Shown here one piece after another: positions 24,628-35,200 of a stretch of DNA of 51,974 nt. The notes under the pieces are model-generated. The model saw nothing but the letters and a program-made list of their open reading frames with translations. It made no database searches and was not told the DNA's origin. The position numbers and the translations under genes are program-made. Numbering within the stretch: position 1 is the stretch's first letter; every line of letters starts with the position of its first letter. The DNA lies in the IMG/VR virus record IMGVR_UViG_3300028802_000021, positions 1 to 51,974 of that record. One strand, written 5' to 3'. The DNA comes from a virus (lineage: Duplodnaviria > Caudoviricetes).

Positions 24628-27600
24628 CTAGTCATCGGGTGGCGGCACGTCGCCGGACCTGGGGGGCGCGTTGTAGTTCTTCAGGTAGCGGATGAGGCGC
24701 GGAATGGGGGCGCGCTTGCTGCGCGGGTCGGCGGAGGTGGGGAGCCGTCCGAGGCTCATCGACACGTGTTCTTCGTCGTTTTCGTCGATGTCGACGGTGA
24801 TCTGCGAGACCCGATACTTGTCGTTGAGCAAATCTTTTCCGAGCCGGAGGATCAACGTGATGGTGTCTCCGACGTCGATGTGGTGGCGGCCCCGCCAGAA
24901 GCCCTGCTTGAGGGTTACCTCGTAGGACGGGCGCCGGTCTGAGAGCTTCTGGAGCTTGCGGTTGGCGCGTTGGCGGATGCTGTTGATGTCGCCGCCGATG
25001 GAAGAGGTGCCGTCTTGTTGATCTCGCTGGCCGTACTGGTTGATGTCGGTGTCGAGGCGGACGACGACTCCGCCTGCTGCGTCGGCGCCGGAGCCGGTGC
25101 TGGTGTCGCCGGTGTAGTAGAGGCTGTTGGCGTAGTCGTCGGAGGCGCCGTTGCGGGTCCAGGCGGCGATGGGGGTGGGTCCTTTGCCGTGGTCGAAGAG
25201 GACGACGCCTTTGTCTTCGCCGCGTTCGCCGATGAAGAACATGAGCTTCGGGGCTTGGTGGATGTCGAGTGGGGTTTCGATCCACCATTCCCACCGGTGC
25301 GGGGAGTGTGCTTCGAGGTTGTCGAAGGCGTCGGATAGCAGTGTGCCGAGGGGTAGCTGGAATGGCCCGGTGGTTTTGCCGAGGTCGTAGGTGTCGATTT
25401 CGGTGAGGTCGAGCCCGAGGTTGGCGGGCACGATCCACTGAATGATCTCCATGACGGGAGTGCCTACGTCCCACATCGTTGTCGGGACAGGCAGGTACGG
25501 GTGCAGATACCGCATGATCATCCTGTCGGCGAGGATGGTGCGGTAGTCGACCAGCTGCGCGCTACACGTCACCCCCGTATCCGATGCGGCGACACTGAGA
25601 TGGGCGACGTTGAACCTGCCGATCATCTCCAGCTGCTTCGTCCTGGGGTCCTTGCGCCGCCACCACAGATCGGTGTCCATCTCGTCGAGCAGGATCGTCG
25701 AATCCCGGGTGAACGCCATGTCGATCCTGGCCTCACCGCCTTCGTTGAGCCGCAGCGTGAACCCTTTCGATGTCGCCGGCGGCAGGGCCAGTGCGGGGCG
25801 GGACGGGTAGGTGCCGGGGTCGATGTTGTAGTTCGGTGCGCCGCGCCAGATGATCCGGGACGACCAGGGGCCGACACCGATGATGTGCATCGGCGGGGCG
25901 ATGCGGCCGGAGATGCTGGCGAAGATCGGCAGGGAGTCTTCCGGCGGGGCGGGTTCGGCGACACCGTAGTACTTGCCGTAGCCGTAGGTGCCGAACGAGT
26001 ACGACGGGTTGTCCGACGGGTTCGTGTCGGTGGGGGTGCCCGGGTTGCCGGAGTACGGCCCGTAGTTGTAGGTGCCGGTGCCGTAGGTGTAGTTGGTGGC
26101 GTCGGTGTTCGGCGCCTGCGGGAGTCCGAACTGTTCGTCGTCGACGATGCCGAGGGGCAGCACCATGTTCGTGGGGATCGGCGGCACAACCCAGATGTCA
26201 GGGTCGGCGAAAGCTTGGCGGTCGATGATCCCGTCGGGGCTGAAGAACATGCCCTGGTAGGGGCCTCTGCCGTAGTCGCCGGTGTTGTAGGCGCCGCTGT
26301 AGACGGAAATGTAGGTGAGTTCCGGCTGCCCGACCGCTTGTGCGTCGCTGATGCCTTGGGGGCCGATGACGCCGGGGAAGAACTGGACGCTGGGGGCGCC
26401 GAGGGTCTCGGGGTCGGCGAGGGTGGGGGCGGTGACCGTCGACGCCTGGAAGCCGACGTACGGCTCGGCGGGGACACCTGCGTCGACGATGGGGCCCGGG
26501 GCGACGTTGACGGTTCCGGACAGGACCGGCTCGTCGAACGTTTCCAGCTCGGCGATTCCTGCCGGCAGCAGGGTCGGCTGAATGTAGGCGGTGGGCCCGG
26601 TGAGGGTTTCGCCGTCGACGATGGTGTCGGGGGTGGCTGGGGCGGGGATGAAGCCCAGGTCGGGACTGTCGAGGGTTTCCGGGTCGGCGAGGCTGTCGGG
26701 GTGGGGGCTGGTGTCGACGGCGAAGTCAACGGCGGGGGCGCCGAGGGTCTCGGGGTCGGCGAGGCTTGCGGGTGCGATCGGCGGTGCGGCGACAGCGAAG
26801 GAGAGTGCGGGGTCGCCGAACGTTTCCGCATCGGCGACGCTGTTGGGTTCCTTCGGGATGACGTTGACGTTGTCGTACCGGGCTGTTTTCGGGGTGGCGG
26901 TAAGGGACCGGCCTTCGAAGGCAAGCCGGTACAGGGTTTGCGACAGGGTGAACGGGTATTCGGCCCGCCCGGTCCAGGTGGTGCCGTTGGTGGAGGTCTC
27001 CCAGTAGACGGTGTTGTTGCCGTGCCGGATCCGCCAGTAGGCGTGGTTGGTGGCGTTGTAGGTGAGGCTGATGTTGACGTATAGGTTCCCGTCGACGTCG
27101 AACCCGAGGCATTGGAAGTTGTTGGTGTTGCCGTTGAGTTGGAAGTAGAACCGTTCGTTTCCGCCGGCGACGGGTTCGACCCGCATGGTGAGCATGTGGC
27201 CGGTCAGGGATGCGGACGAGACTTTCGCGTAGGCGTGGGAGTTGGCGAAGGTGTAGCTGCCTACTGCGGTGGCGACGCCGATGGTCGACGCACCGGAGTT
27301 GATGTTGAGGGTGCCGCCGTCGACGTCGAAGGTGGAAGTAGCGCCGGAGGTTGTCCACTTGGTCGGGTCGAGTGTCGGGCCCGGGAAGTAGTCGGTGAAC
27401 TCCTGTAGCAGCTTGGGCGGCGGCGGGAGGACGAGGCTCGGAAGGTCGAGGGTCTCGGGGTCCACCACGCCAGCGGGGGCGACGGTGGCGGCGTAGACGA
27501 ACGCTGCGTCGGGGGCGCCGAGGGTTTCCGGGTCGGCGGCGCTGTTCGGGTTGGCGCCGGGCAGGGCCACCAGGTTGACGTTGTCGACGCTGATGGTGGT

Positions 27601-29970
27601 GGCGGTGGATGTGGAACCCCAGGCCGATTCGAACTCGACGACGCAGTAGCCCGCACCCAGGGTGAGGGGGGAGCTGCCCCGGGTGGTCCAGGTGACACTG
27701 TCGGGGGATGTTTCCAGGAAGACGCTTGAGGGCTGGTGCCGGATCCGCCACCAGGCCATCGTGACCGGGTCGTAGGTTCTGCTGACGTCGGCGAGGTAGG
27801 TGCTGCCGTCGAAGATCCGGAATCGGATGTTCGGGCCGTACTTTTCGAAGGAGAAGAACTCGCCGGTGGTGAGGTTGCGGACCCCGAAGTTGAACGCTTG
27901 GACGTTGGAGGTGGACAGGGTCACATTCGCCAGCACGTACGAGCTGGCGACGGTGTAGCTGTTGGCGGAGCGGATGAGAACGCCGGAAGCGCCGGTGGAG
28001 AGCCCGGCGGTGGTGTTGATGTTGAGGGTGCCACCGGAAACTGCGACGAGGCCGGGGTGGGTGTTGACAGTCCACTTCGCCGCATCGAGGGACGAGCCGC
28101 CGAAGTCGTCGGTGAGGGTTTCGAGCTTGGCGGCGACGAAGGTGAGGGCCGGGCTGCCCAGGGTGTTGGAGTCGGCGAGACTGTTCGGGCTGACACCCAT
28201 GGCGATGAGGTTGACGTTGTCGACACTCATCGTGGTGGCAGTTGTCGTGCCACCCCAGGTCGACTCGAACTCGACGAGGTAGGCGCCTGCCTTCAGGGTG
28301 TAGGCGGCGTTGCCCCGGACGGTCCAGGTGACACTGTCGGGGGATGTTTCCAGGTATATGGCTGAGGCGTACCGGATTCGCCACCAGAGCATCGCAGTCT
28401 GGTCGAAGACGGCGTTGTTGTTGAAGACGTTCGTGCTGCCGTTGAAGAGCCGGGCGTTGAGGGTGCCGGCGTAGCACTGGAGGTGGAACGATTCGCCGGT
28501 GGTGAGGTTGCGGACCTTGAGGGTGAACTGCTGGATGTCGGAGCCGGACAGGGCCACTTTCGCCAGGAGGTACGAGTTGGCGAGGATGAAGCTGTCGGTG
28601 GAGCGGATGACGACATTGGATGGTGCACCGTTGGCGAGCCCGGCAGGTGTGTTGATGTTGAGGGTGCCACCGGAGACGGCGACGTAGCCGGGGTTGGTGG
28701 TGGCGGTCCACTTGACCGGGTCGAGGGGGCCGGTGGTGAAGTGGTCGGTGAGGGTTTCGAGCTTTTCGAGCCCAAGGTTGACGTTGTCGACGGTGACGGT
28801 GAGGCCGGTGCCGGTGCTGTACTGGTTGGCGTTGATCTGGGCGGTGAATGAGGGTGCCGTCGGGGTGTAGGTGGCCTGCGCCTGAATCGTCCAGACGCCG
28901 CCGTCGGGTGAGGTTTCCCAGTACAGGACGGTGCCGGTGTGGCGCAGCCGCAGCCAGGCGTGGTTGGTGGCGCTGTAGGCAGGCTGAACGTCGACGATGA
29001 CGGCACCGGCGGCGTTGTACCCGCGCAGGTACAGGGTGGAGCTGCCGCCGTTCATGAAGGTGAAGGACTCGCTGGTGCCGGGCATGCCGGTGATCTGCAA
29101 GTCCACCTGGTGGTTGGTGGATGCGTTGGTGGAGAGCTTGCAGAGGAAGTACGAGTTGGTGAGGTAGAACGCGCCGTAGGTGGTGACGGTGCCGACGTTG
29201 ATGGTGGATCCCATGGCGATGTTGAGGGTGCCGCCGGAAACAGTGCAGGTGCCGATCCCGTTGGTTTTCCACTTTGTCGTGTCGAGGGTGGTGCCGGGGA
29301 AGGAGTCCTTGAGGGTTTCGAACTTCGACTGGGCAAGCCTGGTGTTGTACGGGAACCCTTCGGCGTCGGCGATGCCGTTGGGGGCGACGGGGCCAAGCGA
29401 CAGGACTGGGGCGAGGTTGACCTTGTCGAACTTGACGGGCTGGATGTTGGAGCTGGAGGCCCCCTGGACGAACAGGCGGGCCTGGAAGGTGGTCGTGCTG
29501 GTGCTGTAGCTGTACTGGTGCCGCTGGGTCCAGACCAATCCGTCAGGCGAGGTGTCCCAGTAGAGCTTGCCGGCGGTGTGACGGATCCGCCACCAGGCCA
29601 TCGTCGCAGCCGAGTAGGCGAGGGTTTGGGCGGTGAGAACCCCGCCGGAATAGAAGCGGAGGGTGCACGTCGAAACGTTCGAGAGTTCGAACTCCACCCG
29701 GATGGAATTGTTCGAGGAGGCGGCAACGAGCATGACCAGGCCCGCGTTGGAGGTGCCGAGATCCACTTTGGCGAGTAGGTACGACTCCATGAGGTCGAAG
29801 AAGGAGACGCTGTTGACGTAGGAGTAGGAAGAATTGTTGCCGATGAGGTTGAGGGTGCCGCCGCTGACGTTGAGTGAACTGCCGCCGCCGGAGGGGTCGA
29901 CGAACGCCTGCCACTGCGCATTGAGTGTGGTGCCGGGGAAGTCGTCGGTGAGGGTTTCGAGCAGTGCCAC
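24628..29970 (-). CDS. Large minor tail protein: five lectin-like repeats, Pro-rich spacer, hub-like C-terminal domain
   Basis: Five modules beginning (ETL/QEF)xDxF and ending D(K/N)VN(L/V); ADPETLGAP repeats; C-terminal DVGDTITL...RVSQITVDID. Confidence 0.8.
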   Translation of the reverse strand: MALLETLTDDFPGTTLNAQWQAFVDPSGGGSSLNVSGGTLNLIGNNSSYSYVNSVSFFDLMESYLLAKVDLGTSNAGLVMLVAASSNNSIRVEFELSNVSTCTLRFYSGGVLTAQTLAYSAATMAWWRIRHTAGKLYWDTSPDGLVWTQRHQYSYSTSTTTFQARLFVQGASSSNIQPVKFDKVNLAPVLSLGPVAPNGIADAEGFPYNTRLAQSKFETLKDSFPGTTLDTTKWKTNGIGTCTVSGGTLNIAMGSTINVGTVTTYGAFYLTNSYFLCKLSTNASTNHQVDLQITGMPGTSESFTFMNGGSSTLYLRGYNAAGAVIVDVQPAYSATNHAWLRLRHTGTVLYWETSPDGGVWTIQAQATYTPTAPSFTAQINANQYSTGTGLTVTVDNVNLGLEKLETLTDHFTTGPLDPVKWTATTNPGYVAVSGGTLNINTPAGLANGAPSNVVIRSTDSFILANSYLLAKVALSGSDIQQFTLKVRNLTTGESFHLQCYAGTLNARLFNGSTNVFNNNAVFDQTAMLWWRIRYASAIYLETSPDSVTWTVRGNAAYTLKAGAYLVEFESTWGGTTTATTMSVDNVNLIAMGVSPNSLADSNTLGSPALTFVAAKLETLTDDFGGSSLDAAKWTVNTHPGLVAVSGGTLNINTTAGLSTGASGVLIRSANSYTVASSYVLANVTLSTSNVQAFNFGVRNLTTGEFFSFEKYGPNIRFRIFDGSTYLADVSRTYDPVTMAWWRIRHQPSSVFLETSPDSVTWTTRGSSPLTLGAGYCVVEFESAWGSTSTATTISVDNVNLVALPGANPNSAADPETLGAPDAAFVYAATVAPAGVVDPETLDLPSLVLPPPPKLLQEFTDYFPGPTLDPTKWTTSGATSTFDVDGGTLNINSGASTIGVATAVGSYTFANSHAYAKVSSASLTGHMLTMRVEPVAGGNERFYFQLNGNTNNFQCLGFDVDGNLYVNISLTYNATNHAYWRIRHGNNTVYWETSTNGTTWTGRAEYPFTLSQTLYRLAFEGRSLTATPKTARYDNVNVIPKEPNSVADAETFGDPALSFAVAAPPIAPASLADPETLGAPAVDFAVDTSPHPDSLADPETLDSPDLGFIPAPATPDTIVDGETLTGPTAYIQPTLLPAGIAELETFDEPVLSGTVNVAPGPIVDAGVPAEPYVGFQASTVTAPTLADPETLGAPSVQFFPGVIGPQGISDAQAVGQPELTYISVYSGAYNTGDYGRGPYQGMFFSPDGIIDRQAFADPDIWVVPPIPTNMVLPLGIVDDEQFGLPQAPNTDATNYTYGTGTYNYGPYSGNPGTPTDTNPSDNPSYSFGTYGYGKYYGVAEPAPPEDSLPIFASISGRIAPPMHIIGVGPWSSRIIWRGAPNYNIDPGTYPSRPALALPPATSKGFTLRLNEGGEARIDMAFTRDSTILLDEMDTDLWWRRKDPRTKQLEMIGRFNVAHLSVAASDTGVTCSAQLVDYRTILADRMIMRYLHPYLPVPTTMWDVGTPVMEIIQWIVPANLGLDLTEIDTYDLGKTTGPFQLPLGTLLSDAFDNLEAHSPHRWEWWIETPLDIHQAPKLMFFIGERGEDKGVVLFDHGKGPTPIAAWTRNGASDDYANSLYYTGDTSTGSGADAAGGVVVRLDTDINQYGQRDQQDGTSSIGGDINSIRQRANRKLQKLSDRRPSYEVTLKQGFWRGRHHIDVGDTITLILRLGKDLLNDKYRVSQITVDIDENDEEHVSMSLGRLPTSADPRSKRAPIPRLIRYLKNYNAPPRSGDVPPPDD

Positions 29971-29989
29971 TACGGGACGCTCCCCTCAA

Positions 29990-30418
29990 CTAGCCGATCT
30001 TGTAAATCTTGCCTGACGTGCTGGGCCAGGTGATCGTCACATTGCCAGTTCCCGGGGTGATCGGCAGGTTAGTTCCGGTGTCGAAGTAGAACATCAGCCG
30101 CTGCGCACTAGCGGCCACATCGGCGCCGCCAGCAATCGCCGACGCCTGGTAGACGACCAGGGCGTGAGTGGAGCCTGAGGCGGTGGTGGTGATGGTGCAG
30201 TCGTCGGCGTCGAACACCCCGGCGACCAGTGTCGGGTTGGCGAGTACCGCCGCTGTGCCGTTGACGACCCCGCCGGCGGTGGTGACGTCGGACATGAAGG
30301 TGTGGGCTGCGGAGTAGACGTACCCGGCGACGAGGGCGCATTTGGTGACGGCGGTGTCCAGGTCGAATTGGCCGCCCATGATGCCGTTCTTGAAGGCGGT
30401 GTAGCTGGCGTTAGCCAT
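29990..30418 (-). CDS. Minor virion structural protein
   Basis: MANASY..FK...DL...GVFDADD...LPITP.TGNVTITW; tail module position. Confidence 0.75.
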   Translation of the reverse strand: MANASYTAFKNGIMGGQFDLDTAVTKCALVAGYVYSAAHTFMSDVTTAGGVVNGTAAVLANPTLVAGVFDADDCTITTTASGSTHALVVYQASAIAGGADVAASAQRLMFYFDTGTNLPITPGTGNVTITWPSTSGKIYKIG

Positions 30419-31352
30419 TGAGGGAATCTCCGTCCATGTCGTAGGTGACGCCGTCGAACATGACGTACTGGGGGGCGTTACCGGCGGGCATGGCAACAGT
30501 CATGGTGCCGTCGGTGTCGATCTTCAGGCGGCACACGTAGCTGCCGGTTTTGGCGCTGGCGTGGTCTTTGTTGATGGAGCAGGGCGCGAGCAGGTAGCGG
30601 GTGTGGGTGGGGCGCAGGTTCGGGTGGACGGCGCCGATGACGTAGTCGTTGTCGCCCTCGAAGACGGGGTTGCTGGCGCCGCTGACCCGTTTGACGCACC
30701 CGCCGAGCCGGACGACACCGTTCTCGGTGTAGAGCGCTCGGGGCCGGGACGAATCGACGCCGCTGTCTCCGGAGGCGTCGAGGATGCCGGTAGCGAGGTA
30801 GATCTGCAGGTACTCCCCTGCGGAGCCGCCGTGCCTGCGCTGCGAGTTGTCGATGTTGGAGTTTTGAATGAACGGCGTGTGGGGCTTGATGGTGATCGTG
30901 GCGATCTGGATGTAGGCGGCGACGTCACCGCCGGGAACGGGGATGCCGGAGCCGGTGTTCTGGGTGACGACGATCTGCGCGTTGTACACGTCGCTGGAGG
31001 CTGAGGTGACCCCGTCGTAGACGGCGACGTAGACGCCGTGGACCCGGTCCGACGGCGGGTTGTAGTCGAAGGTGGGGAGTTGCACGTCGACGTCGGAGCC
31101 GAGACGGACGAGGTAGTTGGATCCGGCGCCACCTACCCGGATGTAGCCGGAGTTGACGGTGACGCCGAAGCCGACGGTGGCCATCTGGGTGACCATGAAG
31201 TCGGAGCTGCCGAGGGCGCCGGTGCGCCGGGCCAACGCGGCGGTGTAGTCGCGGAAGTTGGCGGCGGTGTAGCTGATCGGGGTGCCAGCACCGCCGGACC
31301 TGAGTTGCAGGAAGTACGGCATCCCCGGTAAGGGCTGGTATGTGGTGGCCAC
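30411..31352 (-). CDS. Minor tail protein
   Basis: Follows distal tail; GTG with AGGAG SD. Confidence 0.7.
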   Translation of the reverse strand: MATTYQPLPGMPYFLQLRSGGAGTPISYTAANFRDYTAALARRTGALGSSDFMVTQMATVGFGVTVNSGYIRVGGAGSNYLVRLGSDVDVQLPTFDYNPPSDRVHGVYVAVYDGVTSASSDVYNAQIVVTQNTGSGIPVPGGDVAAYIQIATITIKPHTPFIQNSNIDNSQRRHGGSAGEYLQIYLATGILDASGDSGVDSSRPRALYTENGVVRLGGCVKRVSGASNPVFEGDNDYVIGAVHPNLRPTHTRYLLAPCSINKDHASAKTGSYVCRLKIDTDGTMTVAMPAGNAPQYVMFDGVTYDMDGDSLNG

Positions 31353-31362
31353 GCCGACGCTC

Positions 31363-32283
31363 CTAAATGGTGAACCACTGCTCGCGGAATTGGACGGTGA
31401 CGGTGCCTTTGATCGACATGAACTGGACGTGGTGGATGCCGGGCTGCCAGATCCAGTAGGTGGAGACACCCCAGTCGACGGCACCGTAGGCGCTCATGTC
31501 GTCGATGACTTGGCTGCCGCTGCCGTCGCTGAGCCAGACGGCGCCGGAGCCCATGTCGATGCCGACTGTGTGTCCGCCGTCGAGGGTGAGCCCGTCGAAT
31601 TTGAAGACGTCACCGTCGGAGATGATCTCGGGGTCGGTGACGGGCCCGGTGATGTAGATGGTGGGGGCTACCGCGCCGTCGCCGCCGACGTTGATGGTTT
31701 CGCCGGGGTAGGTGGCGCCGACGAGGCCGAATCCTTTGGGGAAGATCGCGGGGAAGATCCAGTCGGTGGCGGCGTCGTCGTCCCCGGCGACGTCTTCGAT
31801 GGTGTACGACTTCAACCCGGAGTCGATCATCCCGCTGGGGCAGGTGAACGACAGTTGCAGGTCGATGATCGCCGCCGAGCGGGCCGTGTAGACCAGCGTG
31901 TACGGGTTCGGCCGCAGCATCATCCGGGGCTTACGGATGTCGTCGATGGGGGTGGCGTCGCCGGTGTCGTAGCGGACGACTGTGAGCTCGGGTGTGGCGT
32001 TGGGGTGGGCCATCCTGGTCAGTTCGGACACATACCAGTAGGCGTCGTGGACGGTGTCGCCGAGGATTTGCAGGTCGAGGATGACGGTGCGCTGCCCGAG
32101 GTAGCCGTTGGACATGGTGACCCCGTCGGCGCCCGCGTTCGGTGTGGTGGTGTACCGAACGTCGGGCGCCCCCAAGTCCCACGACTTGCACATGATCGGG
32201 TCTTCGCCGGATGCCTGGCGGGGCCGGATGACGACTTTGCTGGGGCCGTTGATCAGTGCCAGCTCGGCTGGCTTCACCTTCAT
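31363..32283 (-). CDS. Distal tail (Dit-like) protein
   Basis: Directly after tape measure; N.GD...PTIYITGPVTDP...QPG motif. Confidence 0.75.
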   Translation of the reverse strand: MKVKPAELALINGPSKVVIRPRQASGEDPIMCKSWDLGAPDVRYTTTPNAGADGVTMSNGYLGQRTVILDLQILGDTVHDAYWYVSELTRMAHPNATPELTVVRYDTGDATPIDDIRKPRMMLRPNPYTLVYTARSAAIIDLQLSFTCPSGMIDSGLKSYTIEDVAGDDDAATDWIFPAIFPKGFGLVGATYPGETINVGGDGAVAPTIYITGPVTDPEIISDGDVFKFDGLTLDGGHTVGIDMGSGAVWLSDGSGSQVIDDMSAYGAVDWGVSTYWIWQPGIHHVQFMSIKGTVTVQFREQWFTI

Positions 32284-32286
32284 GGG

Positions 32287-35200
32287 TCACACCCCCGACG
32301 GCATGTAGTTGTATCGGTTGGTGACTTCGGCGACCCGGCGTCCGTCCATGGTCACTGCGGGGGTTCCGGTGCGGGCGACGGCACCGGCGAGGAGGGCGAC
32401 GTCGCGGGGGTCGAGGCGTACCGGGCCGGAGAGGGCCTGCTCCTGCTGCTTGGTGCGGACGGTCTCGTTGCTGCCGGTGCCGTTGTAGACGGTGGAGTAG
32501 CCGGGCGGGAGTGTCCCGCCGGTGTCGTACTTGCGAACCAATCCCCCTTCGGCCTTGCCGATGTCGAAGTGGGCGTGGTCGTAGTGACCGGGGGCCATGA
32601 AGATCGACCGGAGTCCGCGCCGGTGGGCCTCACCGATGATCGCGGCGAGGTAGGCCTGTTCTCTCTTGCTGGTTCCGGCACCCTTGTTGACGTCGATGGC
32701 GCCGCCCCGGTAGTGCCACGAGTTCGGTACGTGCCCGCCGTGGACGCCGCCGAACTGCGGGTGTTCGGCGACGGAGAATCCCCTGGCCTGCAACCAGTGG
32801 CCGAAGTCGACGAGGGCCTGACCTGAGGCACCGCCCGCGCCGATGATCCCGGAGATTCCGCCGGGGGTGCTGGGTCCGGCGCCGAAGCCCCGGGAGATGC
32901 GGGCGGCGGCGTTGGCGACGCTGCCCCCGGCTCGGGTGATCGTGGCTGCGGCGATCCGGGCGAACAGGTTGTTGCCGAACTTCTTTCCGACGGCACCGGC
33001 GAGGCCACCCTCAGCGAAGCGGGGGAACTGTCGGGTGCGGATGGCTTCCATGAAGTCGGTGCCGTAGTGCTTGACCGCCGCTACCGGCTGGACGAATTCC
33101 TGCGCGGTGAGCATCGCCGGGATGTTGTCGGCTTTCGGGTGCGGGGAGAACCCGGCGACGGTGCCTCCGTCGGCATGTGGGGCTCCTTCGGTACCTCTGG
33201 CCTTCTTGGCGATGTCGCCGATGGTTTTGCCGATGTTCTTGCCGACGTCTTGGGTGGACTTGCCGGTGAGGGTGGGGATCGTCGGTGCGCCGAGCGACTT
33301 CAGAAGGCTGTTGATCTTCCCGACGAAGTTGGTGTCGACCCACGACAGAACTCTCTGCGCCGGGCCTGCCAGCTTCTCCGTCAGGGTGGCGAAACCGGAG
33401 GCGAATCCAGCGGCGGCCAGGTGCCCTGCGGTGGTGAAGATGTGCGTCAGCGGGGTGGTGATGTTCTCGCCGATCCAGGTAGGAACGGCTTCCTTCAGCT
33501 CGTTCCACCCGTTGACGAACCCGTACCAGAGCCCGGAGATCAGATCCCCGCCGATTTCGGCGAAGATCGTGGAGGGGCTGGCAATGCCGAAGCACTTCTT
33601 GAACCAGTCGACGACGCCATCGACCCAGCCGGAGATCTTGTTTTTGAAGTCGGTGTAGGCGCCGCCGGTGATGCCGTCGATGATCCCGCCGAGGATGCCG
33701 TCGCCGCCGTACATGCTGAGCTGTTCGAGCAGGTACTGTCCGACGCCCGCCCAGCCGTTGGTCTTGCCGGACAGCAGGTTCGGCAGGTCCATGCTGAAGA
33801 ACCGCTTCAGCGCGGGGGCCCACTTGCGGCCCAGCATGGTGAACATGGTGATGGCGGAGTTGTCGATGAAGGCGTTCCAGACGGTGTCGAATGAGAAGTC
33901 GTCTTTGAAGATGTCGGCGTATGAGACAAATCCGCGCTTGTCCTTGCCGAGCCCGCGCTGAAATTCCTGCCATCCGGTAGTGGCGCCGAAGAGGACGGCG
34001 GCGGTTACGACGTTGGAGACGCCTACCGCTTCAACCCCGGCGAGGATCTTCGACCCGCCCTTGAGTGGCTTGCCACCAGGGGCGGTGGGGATGACGCCAC
34101 CGGGGCCACCACCGATGGCCTTGCCGTAGACGTTGACTACTCCGGCCTGGACGTTCATGGTGGCTGTCTGCGCGCCGCCGCCGACGAACTTGTCCAGGAC
34201 TTTGAACTTGCTGGTGAGGGCGTTGCGGAGCTTGTCCATCACCGGGATCTTGATGTCGAACCCGACCGCCTTGCCGATCTTGGCGGCGGCGATGATGGCG
34301 AGCAGGGCGGTGGCGGCCTGCGGGTGCTTGACGATCTGTTCCATCGCCCATGCGATCTTGTCGGCGACGACACTGATGGCATCGGCGGCGAGCTGCGGGT
34401 TGGACGCGGCGAAGGCGGCGAACGCGGTGAAGAACGGGTTGAGGGTTGCCAGGAACCGCAGCGCCCGGAACCCGATGAAGAAGGTCGTCGCGTTTTTGAA
34501 GAAGTCGGCGATCTTCGCGTAGGGCAGTTCCTTGATGGTGGTGAAGAAGTCCTTCAGCTGCTTCTGCCCGGTGGCGGAGCTGGACCAGTCGGCGATGGAC
34601 TTGGTGAAGTCGCGGAAGCTGGTGACGAGGCTTCCGCCGGCGGGGAGGCTGGCGGTGAAGATGTTGCGGAGCAGGGTGCCGATGTTCTTGACGATGTCGA
34701 ACCACTTGCCGAGCTCAGTCCGGGAGTCTTTGAACCAGTCGGCGAGGCCACCACTCTCATCCAAAACCTTGATCCAGTCGGCGAACCTTTGCGACAGGGT
34801 GAGGATGACTTTGGACAGGGATTCGAATCCGGGTGCGGCCTTGTCGAGGATGCGGGTGATCGGGTCGGCGAGGGTGATGAGTGCCTTGCCGAGGTTGTCG
34901 AACGCCTTCGCGTTGATCTTCTGCATCCGGGCCATCGAGTCTCGGAACAGGGCGCTCTTGGTGAAGACGCCGATCTTCCCCGCGTACTTGCCGATGATGG
35001 CGCCGAGATCCCCGGCGTAGTCGGCGGCGAGCTGCAGGGTGGTCTTGCCTTTGACGGGCTGGGTGATGGCTTTGAGGAAGGTGTTGAAGCCGGGCAGGGT
35101 CTTCTGGGAGATCTCCCGCTGGAGCCTTTTGAACAGGCCCTCGTTCTTGTCGAACCAGTAGTACATTTCCTGCGCCGCCGGGGACAGCTCTTTGATCTTC

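Noticed and set aside
27600-28800. DGR template/variable repeat pair in the tail protein
   Set aside because: No reverse transcriptase in the window and both copies are in-frame coding modules; simple domain duplication explains it.
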